From Salisapilia sapeloensis CBS 127946 (taxonomy: Eukaryota; Protista; Oomycota), in contig JAADVB010000017.1 of the NCBI GenBank assembly GCA_023334545.1, positions 62,001 through 126,000 of the forward strand: a stretch of 64,000 nucleotides of DNA, read 5' to 3'. Positions 43,088 through 54,499 of this stretch are shown here, one piece after another; within the stretch, counting starts at the first letter, position 1; each line of letters begins with the position of its first letter. The translations under genes and the position numbers were made by a program. Under the pieces are notes generated by a model. That model saw only the letters and a list, made by a program, of their open reading frames with translations, had not been told where the DNA came from and ran no database searches.

Positions 43088-44815
43088 CTAGACATTCGGT
43101 TTTGCATTCCCATTAACTGTGTTCTCTTGGACACTCGACGGAGGTTTTACATTCTGCATCATCGCCTGGTGATTCGCTCGTTTAGCAGATTCTAATTCTT
43201 GCACTTTCTTCGCTCGTCGAACATACTTTTCTCGTGCCCCGATATCAATCACACGTTTTACTTTATCATGGTACTTGTGTAGCATCTGGGCGTAGGCAGA
43301 GAATCCGAGGTTGTCCATCGACTGGATTATATGCGGTCCAGCGATCGATGTCTTCTTCCCTTGTGTCTTAGCAGTTCGAGTCACCGCGTCGTCTGCCACT
43401 TCTGCCTCATCCTGCGCTTCACTCGTGGCAAAGAGAAGGAACTCTGTCACACACTCTTGCATGCAAGCAATGGCATCGTCATCAATTTTAATAGAAGATT
43501 TTAAACGTCGTTTGCCCTCCTTCTTCCCTCCTTTACATCGATCATTGCTTTGTTCCTGTGTATTGACATCCGTTTCCTTTGTATCTATCGGTATCAAAGC
43601 CTTTTGCATGACTTTACTGATACATTGAGGAGCAAAATAGAGCTTCGGCTCTCCTTCTTCATCCACTTTACAAGTACGAGCAGATAAGTCGACGTCAAAT
43701 TGCTGCTTAATCTGTTGTGTTGTCAATGGCTTCGTACTCTCCACCTTGGTCTGTTTATTCGCTACCGAGGTATCACTAGCCACTGGTCGTTTCTTACCAA
43801 TGCCAAGTCCAGACTGCATTGCCTGGGTCTTCATGCTACTGTACAAGGCTGCGATATTCGACTGTCGCTTCTCTTCCTCTGCAGTACTCACGCCTGGGAT
43901 CTTGGCGGCACTAAGTAATTGAGCTAAGCGATTCTGAATGTAATCGAATTTAGACTGGAGATCACTCGGCCATTTCTGTTGAGCCTGAAGTTCAGCACGT
44001 TTGGCACTTCCAATGTCACGAACGTCTCGTTGAGCGAGTGCTAAGAGATCACGATCGTAGCAAAGCTGAAGCCATGCCGTGAGTTCGTTTAAAGCTGTTC
44101 CGACGTGTATTTCATTCTTGGCATGATGGAGACGAGCAAGTGCTCGCACGAGGGTTTCCATGTGCTCGCCCCGACTCTTAATCGGCTTTTTTACAGGCGG
44201 TTTCTTTGTCTGCACTTGCGAAGAAGATGCTGTATTGGTACTAGGCTTCGGAGCAGTTGAAGACGCTGTAGAGGTACTTGCTCCACTAAGCATGTGCAGA
44301 TTAGAAGACTTAGCAGCTTGCTGCTGCTGTACGAATTGCTGTTGGAGCTTTCGTAATTGGTCCTGCTGCGCTCGCATCTTTTGCTCCATATCTGCACTAA
44401 CAACAGCCGACTGTGCTTTTGGTTTTGAATGGCTAGAAGCGACTGCAGCGCCCATGGACTGTAGGTATTGCTGCATTTGCTGATCTAACGCAGTCGATCG
44501 CCGACGAGATTCTTCCGCAGCTTGTGCCAGGCTATTGTTTGCATTGGACTGAGATTGGCTACCTGCTTCTTTGCTCTTGATACGCTGCTGAAGTCGCTGC
44601 TGGATCTCCTGCATCACTTCTTGTCGGTCCGAAGGAGACGATGTTGGTGGTGACGACGTCTTGGGTGCTCCTGCTGGCGCCGTAGTCGTCTTTGTTGTGC
44701 TTACATTGGGGACCGTGGTAGAAGGAGGCGTGGGAGTTGGCTGCGTTGCCTCTGTTGCAGGGGCTGTAGCCTCCGTCGCCTGCGATCGCGACGCGTCTCC
44801 GAGATCGTCTGCCAT
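43088..44815 (-). CDS. Histone-fold (NF-YB/DR1-like) protein with a long Gln/Ser/Thr/Pro-rich N-terminus
   Basis: C-terminal histone fold IDDDAIACMQECVTEFLLFATSEA...IAGPHIIQSMDNLGFSAY. Likely start ATG 44815; the extension to 44941 is AT-rich and non-coding-like. Confidence 0.85.
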   Translation of the reverse strand: MADDLGDASRSQATEATAPATEATQPTPTPPSTTVPNVSTTKTTTAPAGAPKTSSPPTSSPSDRQEVMQEIQQRLQQRIKSKEAGSQSQSNANNSLAQAAEESRRRSTALDQQMQQYLQSMGAAVASSHSKPKAQSAVVSADMEQKMRAQQDQLRKLQQQFVQQQQAAKSSNLHMLSGASTSTASSTAPKPSTNTASSSQVQTKKPPVKKPIKSRGEHMETLVRALARLHHAKNEIHVGTALNELTAWLQLCYDRDLLALAQRDVRDIGSAKRAELQAQQKWPSDLQSKFDYIQNRLAQLLSAAKIPGVSTAEEEKRQSNIAALYSSMKTQAMQSGLGIGKKRPVASDTSVANKQTKVESTKPLTTQQIKQQFDVDLSARTCKVDEEGEPKLYFAPQCISKVMQKALIPIDTKETDVNTQEQSNDRCKGGKKEGKRRLKSSIKIDDDAIACMQECVTEFLLFATSEAQDEAEVADDAVTRTAKTQGKKTSIAGPHIIQSMDNLGFSAYAQMLHKYHDKVKRVIDIGAREKYVRRAKKVQELESAKRANHQAMMQNVKPPSSVQENTVNGNAKPNV

Positions 44816-45212
44816 GTCGTTTTTTCGCGTTGTGTTTGACGCCAAAGGAACGTTATAAGGTATAAATATTACTTCAAATACATTTGTGGCTATATTTGGA
44901 TTATATTTGAACTTGAAGCGAGAGCTTGAAAGGATGTGCATTGATACAGGGAGCTAAGCTGTCTTCCGTGTCAAAATGGAGAATGAAATGCTTGTTTTGT
45001 AGAGTAAGAGTCTATCGCATAAAGGATTAGACTCACAGAGCATATTAATCATATGCTACTGAGTGTCTTGAGTATAGAATTGACTCCTTCGCCTTCATAT
45101 CGTTGCATATCATTCGAATATAAAGTGAAGTTAATTGGAGTAGTTTCGGCTATAAATCCATTTCCTTAAAGCAATTTATTTTCCTTTTAATTTGTTAAGA
45201 AAATAGATGTAT

Positions 45213-46770
45213 TCAATCCAGCAAGTTCCGTAGTTCTTGTGCCCGTACCGCAGCGCGTTCACTCTCTTCGGCAAACTCGGACACTGCGTTTGCAGCCATC
45301 TCTTGACGTTGCCATGCTGTGGAGTTATACACCACTTGCTCTACGGTCGCACATAGTGCAGCCGAGCTAACTCTGGCGTGGCTCGTGTCAGATCCAGGCG
45401 TCATTCCCTGCCAGAATTCATATCCAGTGTTCACCAGGATACCGCTCTCTTTATTCTGCACCATCCTGTTCATCGGTGGTGCGTCTGCGGAGATGACAAG
45501 TGCACCTAGGGATCTAGCAGCACTCACAGAATGCGGGAACCCAGCTTCATCCTGACCAGTAGCAATACTAATGACACTTTGCGCCATCTCTCGACTGCTT
45601 TCTTCCACATGGTCATTGGATAGAGATACTTCATGGAGTTTAATAGCGGATCGGGTGGAGGAAGCTGCTTCCAAGGCCTCGCGTGCAGACTGGTACGTAG
45701 AAGGAGAGACATAGAGGTCCAGTGGAGGTAGATCAGATCGAGACAGCCAGCAGTCCACTACCTGTTGCGTTCCTTTCCAAGGAAATGGACCTGCCAAATG
45801 TCCAAATCGGAGATTGACAAAGTCTAAAGCTGGACGAGGTGTCTTTTCATGTGCGATGAGACCATAGTTGATGGTCGTATGATTCGTCTGAAGCACTAAC
45901 GTATCTCGTGGGTTACTATATGACAGCTCTTGCTTTGCTTTGGATAGACAATTGCTCGAGCGACAGACGACAATGTCTGCGTCTCGATAGTGAGGAGGTT
46001 TAATGTCGAAGAGACCACTCGTAGTGGATGTTGAAGGCACGACGACTACTTTCTTCGATGTTGGGATGTCTTCTGATGCTCGAGGAGACTTTAGATTGTT
46101 TTCGAACGCATCATTAATGTAGACAATAGCTGTGGATGGGCATAATTCGTGGTACTTGACCTCCTTGTCTTCAGATGGAACGTAGAAAGAGCTTGAGAGG
46201 ACCCAAGACGGCAGCAAACGAGCTTGCAAGTCTATCATACACGGTTTTCAGTTACTTGCATGACAAAGAGATACTTGAATACGTACAGGAAGCATAGAAT
46301 GTGGCATCGAGGCAATTTTCTGGTGTGCGCGCATCGCTCGGTAGGAACACATCGACTTTCGGACAATCGCGAAGCTTGGATAGCAGATTGACATCACTTT
46401 CCACGATCAATCCATTCTTTCCATCCGCTGGCATGATACTATCCACCTCTTGTTCGCAAATATCCTTCATGTCAACCCAATGCATATTCTGCTCACGCGT
46501 CATGGCACCACCTCCAGTCATATAAGTGGATGGATTTAATATGGACGGACCACTGGAGCCGTTTACAGCAGCGAAAACAGCCAGAATGAGCGCGCACGTG
46601 ACGCCAACGAGACCTGTGAGCTGTCCAGAAGTGAGTTGAGCTGCTTGGACACGGACATCATCTGCCGTTTTCTGTAGCGAGCTCGTGAGACTCTGGTTGG
46701 CTTCCGGCTCTGGCTCTACTTTTCGTTGGGATGTCGTCGGCTCGGCTTCTGTGGTATCTTCATTCGGCAT
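45213..46770 (-). CDS. Type-II membrane GT-B (GT4/GT1_4-like) glycosyltransferase paralog A, divergent, 2 exons
   Basis: Intron 46232-46286 (55 nt, phase 1) gives DATFYAS-YLQARLLPSWV. N-terminal TM helix; shares CPKVDVFLP, YHELCP, WKGTQQVVDCW and ISADAPPMNRMV with paralog B. Confidence 0.8.
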
Positions 46771-47017
46771 CTTGGTGCTTTTTTCGAAATGGAATCGCAT
46801 GAAGTTGATAGAACTTGCTCGAATAAAATTTTGGATTCTCAAGATAATTCTTTGAATGAAAGGATTTAAATATTAGATGAACAAATTAAAAGGCATGACA
46901 CTATCGAGGTAAAAGCTAGGTTGGGGACATGTAATTTGCTATGTTGAAGTGACTAAATCTTTGGATCGCGTATATCTTGAAAGGACGCAGAGGGGAAGCT
47001 TTCATCCAAGTGAAGAC

Positions 47018-47989
47018 ATGAGCGATAACTACTTTGGTTTGCTGTCTACCAACCATGTTGTAAATGGTCTTAATACATCCTTATCTTTATGTAGTAAGGT
47101 CCGGTGCGAAAGAATTGCTGGCAGACGCGATTACGCAATTACTGCAGGTGCGTCCGAATGCGCCACTCCATTTCCTCGCACAACAGTAGCCTTCTCTACG
47201 TTTATATGCATTGAAGCATCATTCTCATTACCCACAGTTTTTCTCAACAAGAGGATGTAGTGCAGACTTGTGTTTGTTTACTACAAAATGATTCATCGCA
47301 TCCACTACCGCAGGAGACGTGCTATCGAGCGTACCAGACATTAGTCTCGCCGAAAGATGCCAAGCATCCATTGACCATACAACAGTCAGCGACTAGACCA
47401 GGGTCTAGAAGGGGAATTAGAAGTAGTAATGATGCCAAACTACCGAAACTAGCAGCTAGTAAAGATAGTACAATACCTTCGCCTTCCAGGGTATCAGCTA
47501 AGGAGACCAAATTGCTACCGTATAAAACATTCAAGGAAGTGCTCTGCCTGCTACTAGCAGACCTTCCAAGTCAGTTTCAGACGCAAGTATTTACTGTTGC
47601 GACGACCAACATGACAGCAAACGCCAAAGTCGTGGAGAAACAAGAGCAAGAGCATGTACCATTTTCAGAGTTCCAGAAAGGAGTACAGATTTGTTGCTGC
47701 TTTACAGGTACTTGATCTGCTTTACCATTCGTATCATACCTTCCGCTTACTGTGAATAGAGCTGTATGATGCCTTAGAGGATATCAGTCTCGATATTGCT
47801 AGTGAAAAAGAGCGTATTGGCGCAATGATTCTACGACTGGAGACAGCTGTATCTGAACTAGATAACCTATTGATGACGGCAACGAAGGCAAATGCCGATT
47901 TGTCGATATGCTTTCAAAATGAGTCAACGGCCAAAGGACCGATGGACTCCAATCTACTCCTTCAAGCCATCTTAAACGAATACAAATGA
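47018..47989 (+). CDS. Uncharacterised protein, probably 3 exons
   Basis: ORF 47260-47715 joins through a 52-nt intron (47708-47759) to an open helical exon 47760-47989 (ELYDALEDISLDIASEKERIGAMILRLE..). The first exon 47018-47093 with intron 47094-47260 is tentative. Confidence 0.55.
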
Positions 47990-48023
47990 AATGACAGAGA
48001 GCATTGCATGGCTCCAACAGACT

Positions 48024-48396
48024 CTATTTCATGTTAAGCATGCCCAAGATGTTCTTTCGCACCTTGTTGTTCTGAATGTACGCCGGCTGACCGAGACCTC
48101 GGATACGTTCCCGCGACTTTTTCGTGTTAATATGACGCTTGTTGGATTTGGCACGCTTGACAAGGCCATTGGAGTTCACCCAAAAGCGCTTCTTGACGGC
48201 CGATTTTGTCTTTTGCTTCGTCGCCATCGTACGCACTTGACTCTCCGCCGCCATTTGTGCAATCGTCGGCATGCCTGACATCTTTGCAACCGGTGCCAAG
48301 GCACGCGTAAGGGATCTATCATATGCAACATCCAGATAAGCTCATAGGTCACAGAGATAGCAGATAATCGAGCTCTTACCCTAGCAGAGACGCCAT
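48024..48396 (-). CDS. MRPL35: Mitochondrial ribosomal protein bL35m, 2 exons
   Basis: L35 motif KQKTKSAVKKRFWVNSNGLVKRAKSNKRH. A 17-nt first exon (48380-48396) and intron 48316-48379 give the presequence MASLLGSLTRALAP. Confidence 0.9.
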
Positions 48397-48801
48397 GCTC
48401 CTTTGTTGTTTGGTTCGTGGTGGGGAAGCGTCTCACTTACATACCTATCCATGCAGTATTCTATCTTAGTCAAAGTATCTCAAATACCTTTATATTGTGG
48501 GACAATGAAGTAGTCTTACTGGATGATAGTCTTCCTCTTGGACCGAGATGATATTCTAGTAGACATACTTCCTGCCGTATCGTACCTGCATTCAAAGTCC
48601 ATTCCGCCTCATCTTGTTCTTCAAGTAATAGATGAAAAGAAAAAAGAAGATTTCATAGTTCAAGATCTTTTGTTTCAAAAGTTTATTCCTCTCTTTCCTT
48701 TGCCCTGGATGTCTGCTATTCGACTCCTATTTTTCTTTCTTTCTTCTGTTTACATGGCAAAATGTCTGTTCGTCCAACGAAAATAAATGCAACGAGCGTC
48801 C

Positions 48802-50082
48802 TTACTCTTCTGGCGAATTGACTGCATTCGCCAACAATCGGTTCGACATATTCGTCTTGGCCGATTGCAAAAGTAACGTATTCATGAGCTCCGCTTGATT
48901 CTTCTTGTGTTTCTTCTTCCCAAACTTGTGTGCTTCCACCAGGAATCCTTTCGATCCATCTGGTTGCACTTGTGTCGTCCGAGGTGCTTTCGACTGCATC
49001 GCTTGTTGCCGAGCGAGCTTTAGCAATTGCACCCACAAGTCCGCTTCATCCGTATCTTTCGACCGGACAATCAACAACGGATCGTTCTTAAATTCTAACC
49101 GCAAGTCACCGTGGTTCATCGCTTCCACTCTCGTGACAGACCGCAAGTCAATGACACCACGTGCAGATTTCCAATAACTACGCTTATATAGGAACACGAG
49201 ACCTGCGTTAAAGTCCAGATAGAACCACCGTTTGCGCCAACTACGTAATAAGAGTGGAATCGTATCCTTCAGCACGTACAAGTGTCCACAGTACGGAGGG
49301 AGATCGATGTGCACTGGCTTTGGTGTCTGCGGAAGCGTGAGCTCCGTCTCGGGCAGATTCATAACAGTGGCTTGAGGGGCAGAGGGTTTATCTTCGTCCA
49401 TAAGGGCTTGGAGGAAGAACTCTTTAAAGCGATTCTGCTCCGTCTGGATGACAGAAACAGCTTGCGCCATGACTTCTTGGTCATGCAATAGCTCCTGGAC
49501 GTCCTGGTCATCCAATGCCAAGCTACGGGACTTTAAGCGACCTTCCTTTTGGATCTCTTCTTTCGTCCCTTCGTCCACGACATTGCCTTCCTCATCCAGT
49601 AGTTCAAATCGACCACTCCTTGTCCTCTCGCGCTTGAACACTGTCGGTTCTAACGGTCGAGCGAACGGGTACAAGTCGGACTCAGTAAAGTCGATTTCGT
49701 CCTTGCGACTATCAAAAATGTTATCAAGGCCCAAGTTGTTCTTCCATAGCTCCAACGTATTGAGACAGTCATCGACGTCGTAATAACCATGTGACTGGAA
49801 GAAGGCCACACCTTCGTCCTCCTCCTCAATATCCGCCACCGTGCCATATAGTTTTTGTAAATGCTTCTCGAAAGGCGTGTCGACGTCTTCTAGATATTCA
49901 TCATACTCTGCTTCCGGTTCATAGCTGTAAGAGCGCTCGAAGCGATTCGCTAACGTCCGTTCCATACGTTCTTTCAGTCGAGACGCACTATCGTCGTTTG
50001 CTGTGAGCACCATATCCGAGTGACTTTTGTCGGTACAAAGTTGAGATTTCGAGCTGTCGACCTGTCGGGCGATCGAAGGCAT
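48802..50082 (-). CDS. PH-domain protein (acidic N-terminal region, C-terminal PH domain)
   Basis: PH motif CGHLYVLKDTIPLLLRSWRKRWFYLD..RGVIDL..EADLWVQLL. The first in-frame ATG is 50082 (the ORF-track start 50277 is GTG); the true start is uncertain. Confidence 0.8.
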   Translation of the reverse strand: MPSIARQVDSSKSQLCTDKSHSDMVLTANDDSASRLKERMERTLANRFERSYSYEPEAEYDEYLEDVDTPFEKHLQKLYGTVADIEEEDEGVAFFQSHGYYDVDDCLNTLELWKNNLGLDNIFDSRKDEIDFTESDLYPFARPLEPTVFKRERTRSGRFELLDEEGNVVDEGTKEEIQKEGRLKSRSLALDDQDVQELLHDQEVMAQAVSVIQTEQNRFKEFFLQALMDEDKPSAPQATVMNLPETELTLPQTPKPVHIDLPPYCGHLYVLKDTIPLLLRSWRKRWFYLDFNAGLVFLYKRSYWKSARGVIDLRSVTRVEAMNHGDLRLEFKNDPLLIVRSKDTDEADLWVQLLKLARQQAMQSKAPRTTQVQPDGSKGFLVEAHKFGKKKHKKNQAELMNTLLLQSAKTNMSNRLLANAVNSPEE

Positions 50083-50579
50083 GGTAGAAGCGTTGGCACT
50101 AGTGTACACTGGAGCTTGGGGTCGGATGGCGATGTTGAGCCAAGTGCGATTGTGTGGGACTTGCTGCCGGGTGGAAGGGGCTCGTACGCAAGAAACAGAG
50201 CCCTTGTCTATGGTGAGAAAAGCACGGTAAGTGCCGCTTACGACGGAGGAAGGTATGCGAGACGATCGTTCCGTCACGACAGTACGCTAATCCACTGAGC
50301 AGCGTCGGTATACCTTGTTCTTGCAACTTGCAAGATAAGGGTATTGGCCACAGTTCTCTCCCGTTGTCGTAGGCGATTTGAAGGTCGGAGGATGCAGTAG
50401 CAAATGCAAAAGTGGATGGGTGAGTTGACTTCGGCGAGCTAATGCCGTTTAGAATCCATTATAAATTCCTTTCTACGTTCTTGTACTTCAATATCAAGGG
50501 AGCGTTCCTGGAAGCATACGCAGTATCTTCCTTTGATTGGCTGAAATTGAAGTCTGAAGCCACTACTTTCTGGGTGCAA

Positions 50580-52219
50580 ATGTACCACTTTCACACAACA
50601 ATGAATACAGGATGGACGCTTCTACTCAAGGTATCGGCAGCGGTGCTCTTGGTCCTTGGACCCTTTGCATTGATGCTGCAGATGCACCTAGTGCATCGAG
50701 AGGTTATGCAGTCGAATATGTTGCCGAATGTTGATCGCGTTAAACTACAGGTCGCGCATGGAGGAAGTGGTGAATTCGATTTTGAACAGTATTTGGATCA
50801 TGTACCAGAATTAAACGAGCAAGTTTACTCCAATGGTGCATTGCAATCTTCATGGGCAGATCCTGTGAGTGAGGTGGACGCATTGCACTTGTCACTATTG
50901 CACGAAACGTGCGTGAATCGAACCGATACTATATTACCATGGTCTTTTGCTAGCTCGGGCAACGTCAGTTCCGACGATATGAACCACATACTGCATCGAG
51001 ACGATCCAGACCTATACAACAAAATTCGGCAGTGCCCAGATGTTGACATCTACCTTCCCGTGGATATCCGAGGCCATGGCTATTGTGAAGACGCCGTGGC
51101 GTACCTCAAGTGTAACAACTTTCTCGCAACTTCAATACCGCTCTGACTCATCTACTTTCCTGCATAGACCTCGAGTCGAGACTGTTACCACATTGGGTGT
51201 TTACAGAAACTTTTGTAGACCCTGTCTCCAAGAGAAAGTATAGCTACTACGAATTATGCCCATCAAATGCGGTGATTTTTTTCAATCACTATTGGAACGG
51301 TCTCCCGGATTCACCTGACTGGCCATCAAGGAAACCTGTTTACATGATGCCGAACATTGAAATGTATGAGACACGTGCCAAGCACTATTGGCGTGCCGAT
51401 ATGGTGTTATGTAAAACAGCAGTGTGTGCTCGTCGTGTCAAGAAATGGTATGAGCAAGAAGGTAATCCTCGCAATGCACATGTGCTCTATACTCGTCATA
51501 CAAGCTCCAACATTGGTGTCTTGGCGCAAAGCCGTATGGAAACGCGGGAGAAAGACTTCACCAACATGACGTTTACGCATGCTATTGGTCACAGTATATA
51601 CAAAGGCACAGATGAAGTCATCGGGTGTTGGTTAGACCATCCCGAGTTTCCTCTTCTGAATGTCTACATGATGCCAGATTTCTATGATGGCTACCGGCAA
51701 CGTTTCGGAGAAAAGAGGTTGGAGACGAGTCCGCAATTGAAGATGCATGTGGGGACGATCGATGAGGACGACTTTGGTAAAATCGTTGCCGAGTCTGCTT
51801 ACATGGTGTGTACGAGTACAATGGAAGGGTACGGGCATTACATCAACCAGGCAAGAGCAACGGGCGCTGCGATCGTAACCACTGACTTGCCACCCATGAA
51901 CGAATTGCTTTCTTCAGATTCGGCCCAGATGGTCCGGATCACGCCAGCATCGGATCGATTTCAGTTTCTCAGCGGAAAGTACATGGGCGAGCATGGGTTG
52001 AAGGCCAAGCCGGCGTTACGCGGAACTTTGAAGGCCTCCAACGTTTGTGACGGCGTGCAAGCACTAATGGCCCGCAGCGTAGAAGACCGCATGCGATTGG
52101 GTGAAAACGCGCGGAAGCAATATGCCATTGACCTACGTTTCTTTGCCGCGAAAATGCGCGAGCTACGTGCTTACGTCCAAGGTAGGAAGAGAGTACGGCC
52201 TTCAAGCACAGTAGATTGA
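50580..52219 (+). CDS. Type-II membrane GT-B (GT4/GT1_4-like) glycosyltransferase paralog B, 2 exons
   Basis: Intron 51112-51167 (56 nt, phase 1) gives YCEDAVAYLK-YLESRLLPHWV. N-terminal TM anchor; nucleotide-sugar-binding signature CTSTMEGYGHYINQARATGAAIVTTDLPPMNELL. Start is ATG 50580 or 50601. Confidence 0.87.
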
Positions 52220-52496
52220 CATTGACTAAAAAGCTTGAACGTCCTCGTCTCACGGATATATTTTGTTTTGTCAAAGAAAAGAAAATTTTTGCATGCACCA
52301 ATAACGAGTCCGAAGCCAGTCGTGTGATCTCCTTCACCACGTTCGTCTATCAATACGTAACGATAGGGTCGCTCGATCTGCCGCAATCGCTCACTGTGAG
52401 AAAAATACTTACTCGACCGTGCGTAATCGCTTGCACTCCATCCCGTGCATACTCGAATCAAGTCATTTCGCAACTACAGAAAAAGTGTCAGCGCGA

Positions 52497-54404
52497 ATGC
52501 CAAGTGCCGTCGAAGTCGACACGACCGCCATGCTCGGGACACCACCAGGGTCAGGTGGTTCCTACAGCTCCTTCTTGTCACCAAAGGACGCCAAACGTCT
52601 CGGACAGAGCTACCAGTCGACGCATGAAGTTTCCGACGAACTGGCTACACCCACGACCCCAAAGGACAGTGCCTTTGACGTCCAAGTCGAACCGATATAC
52701 GACAGTCAGATGAGCGACATCAATCCTTTCAGTAGCACCGCTCCCGTCTTATCTTTGCCATCGATCGCATCGGACAATGACCACAAGCTCACGCGTCGGC
52801 ACACGCACGTCGGCATGCGCAATAAACGCATGCAGCGAGGTCATTTACGTGAATTAGCAAAAACAGCATTAACCGAACGTAGTACACACGTCGGAGACAT
52901 TGATCTATCCTTTTCTCATGATGGGAATCTACGTGAAAGCATTCGCCTTGTCCAAGCGTACTCACGTCGAGACTTGCCATTGGAAGAAGTGCATGTAACA
53001 GCAACGCATCGCTTCCGACGATGTGAAGTGCACCTTCGCCGAGACGTACTGACATGGAACCGGCATGTCAAGTCTGATAAGAGCATTGATACAGATGATA
53101 TTGTTGGTGCCCAGGTCGTGAAGAAGGAAGGACAGAGTGTCTTGATCGTCCACTACTTTCGCAAAGGCCATGGGCACGGGAGTAAAGCTTTAAAACGAAA
53201 ACACAAGACGATTCAGTTTAAACTCGATCTGCCGGATGCAAATCGTATGGCGAGTGCTATCCAGGAACTCGTTCGATGGCAAGCACGTGCACCGACGTAT
53301 AGTGAGAAGAGGAAGATCAAGATTGTCGTGAATCCACACTCTGGCAAAAGGAAAGCCCAGCGGATTTGGACGGAACAAGTGAAGCCTATGCTAGAGCTTG
53401 GGAACTTTGACTGTGTCGTGGAAGAAACGGCGTATGGAGGTCATGCGTACGAAATGGGGCGAGAATACCGCGCAGACGACGGCTTCGAAGCTCTCGTCTT
53501 CATCGGTGGTGACGGAACGTTATGTGAATTCATGAACGGACTACTGTCTCGTCCAGAGCACGAGTGGCGAGAGATTGTCGCGACGACACCGATGAGTCTC
53601 ATCTCGGCCGGGACGCAGAATGCCTTTGGCACTGGCGTCGGTACACCTACGGCACACGCGTCCTTGTTCTGCATCATTAAGAGGAAGGTGCGTCCGTTGG
53701 ATGTTGTGACGACAGTGGCGGAGAAGGATCCGACAGTGGTGCACTACAGCTTCTGTGGTGTCGGATGGGGTGTCGCTGGTGACGTCGCTGCTGATTCCGA
53801 GAAGCATCGGTGGTTAGGAACGTCGCGATACGCTTGGTTAAAGATCAAATGGGCGCTATTGATGCCCAAGAAGCACAAGGGTAAGTTTAGGTACGTTCTG
53901 ACGGATCCACAGCCACGTCTGCGTAAGTATGATGAGATTAAGGACGAAGGTGCAGAAGATCAGTTTGATATGGAAGAAGGAAATCCGTATGATGACGGGA
54001 CGCGAGAACGAGCGTCGTGGGGAGGAGTCGCGCATGGCGTGACGAGCCCTGCGAGTACTGAGAGGTACCCACCAGAGATGTGGACGGAGGAGTCTGGAAG
54101 TTATATCGTCGTCGGTGTTTTAAATGCCGCTCCTGATGGTGCCTATACTCATCCTTCGGATGGTAATTTGGATCTGGTGGTTACGAGAAAAGGGACTTTG
54201 CTTCAGACACTGCATCTAGCGCTCTTGTACCTCGTCGGGAAGGAACTCAAGAGTCCGTTGCTATCGTATTTGAAAGTCAAGACGGTGGTGGTGAGTCCGG
54301 AGGATGAGACGGATGCCGCCAATATTGACGGAGAGGAACTTGCGGGTGGTCCGTGGCGGATGGAAGTCGTGCCGAGTCTGTTTAAAGCTTTATCGGAAAA
54401 GTAG
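52497..54404 (+). CDS. Sphingosine/ceramide kinase family (DAG-kinase catalytic domain, PH-like N-terminal domain)
   Basis: Motifs IVVNPHSGKRKA, VFIGGDGTLCEFMNGL, ISAGTQNAF, GWGVAGDV and IDGE. First ATG is 52497. Confidence 0.9.
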   Translation: MPSAVEVDTTAMLGTPPGSGGSYSSFLSPKDAKRLGQSYQSTHEVSDELATPTTPKDSAFDVQVEPIYDSQMSDINPFSSTAPVLSLPSIASDNDHKLTRRHTHVGMRNKRMQRGHLRELAKTALTERSTHVGDIDLSFSHDGNLRESIRLVQAYSRRDLPLEEVHVTATHRFRRCEVHLRRDVLTWNRHVKSDKSIDTDDIVGAQVVKKEGQSVLIVHYFRKGHGHGSKALKRKHKTIQFKLDLPDANRMASAIQELVRWQARAPTYSEKRKIKIVVNPHSGKRKAQRIWTEQVKPMLELGNFDCVVEETAYGGHAYEMGREYRADDGFEALVFIGGDGTLCEFMNGLLSRPEHEWREIVATTPMSLISAGTQNAFGTGVGTPTAHASLFCIIKRKVRPLDVVTTVAEKDPTVVHYSFCGVGWGVAGDVAADSEKHRWLGTSRYAWLKIKWALLMPKKHKGKFRYVLTDPQPRLRKYDEIKDEGAEDQFDMEEGNPYDDGTRERASWGGVAHGVTSPASTERYPPEMWTEESGSYIVVGVLNAAPDGAYTHPSDGNLDLVVTRKGTLLQTLHLALLYLVGKELKSPLLSYLKVKTVVVSPEDETDAANIDGEELAGGPWRMEVVPSLFKALSEK

Positions 54405-54499
54405 GTTTTCTTTTCTTTTCTTTCGTCGGAAGCTTGGAGGAGACTGTGAATCGAAATGAATTTTATCTTTTTTTAAGAGATTAAGGTGTTTGGAAATGG

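Noticed and set aside
48523-48786. 87-aa + strand ORF between MRPL35 and the PH gene
   Set aside because: AT-rich with poly-A/poly-T runs, no motifs and no convincing exon chain on either strand.
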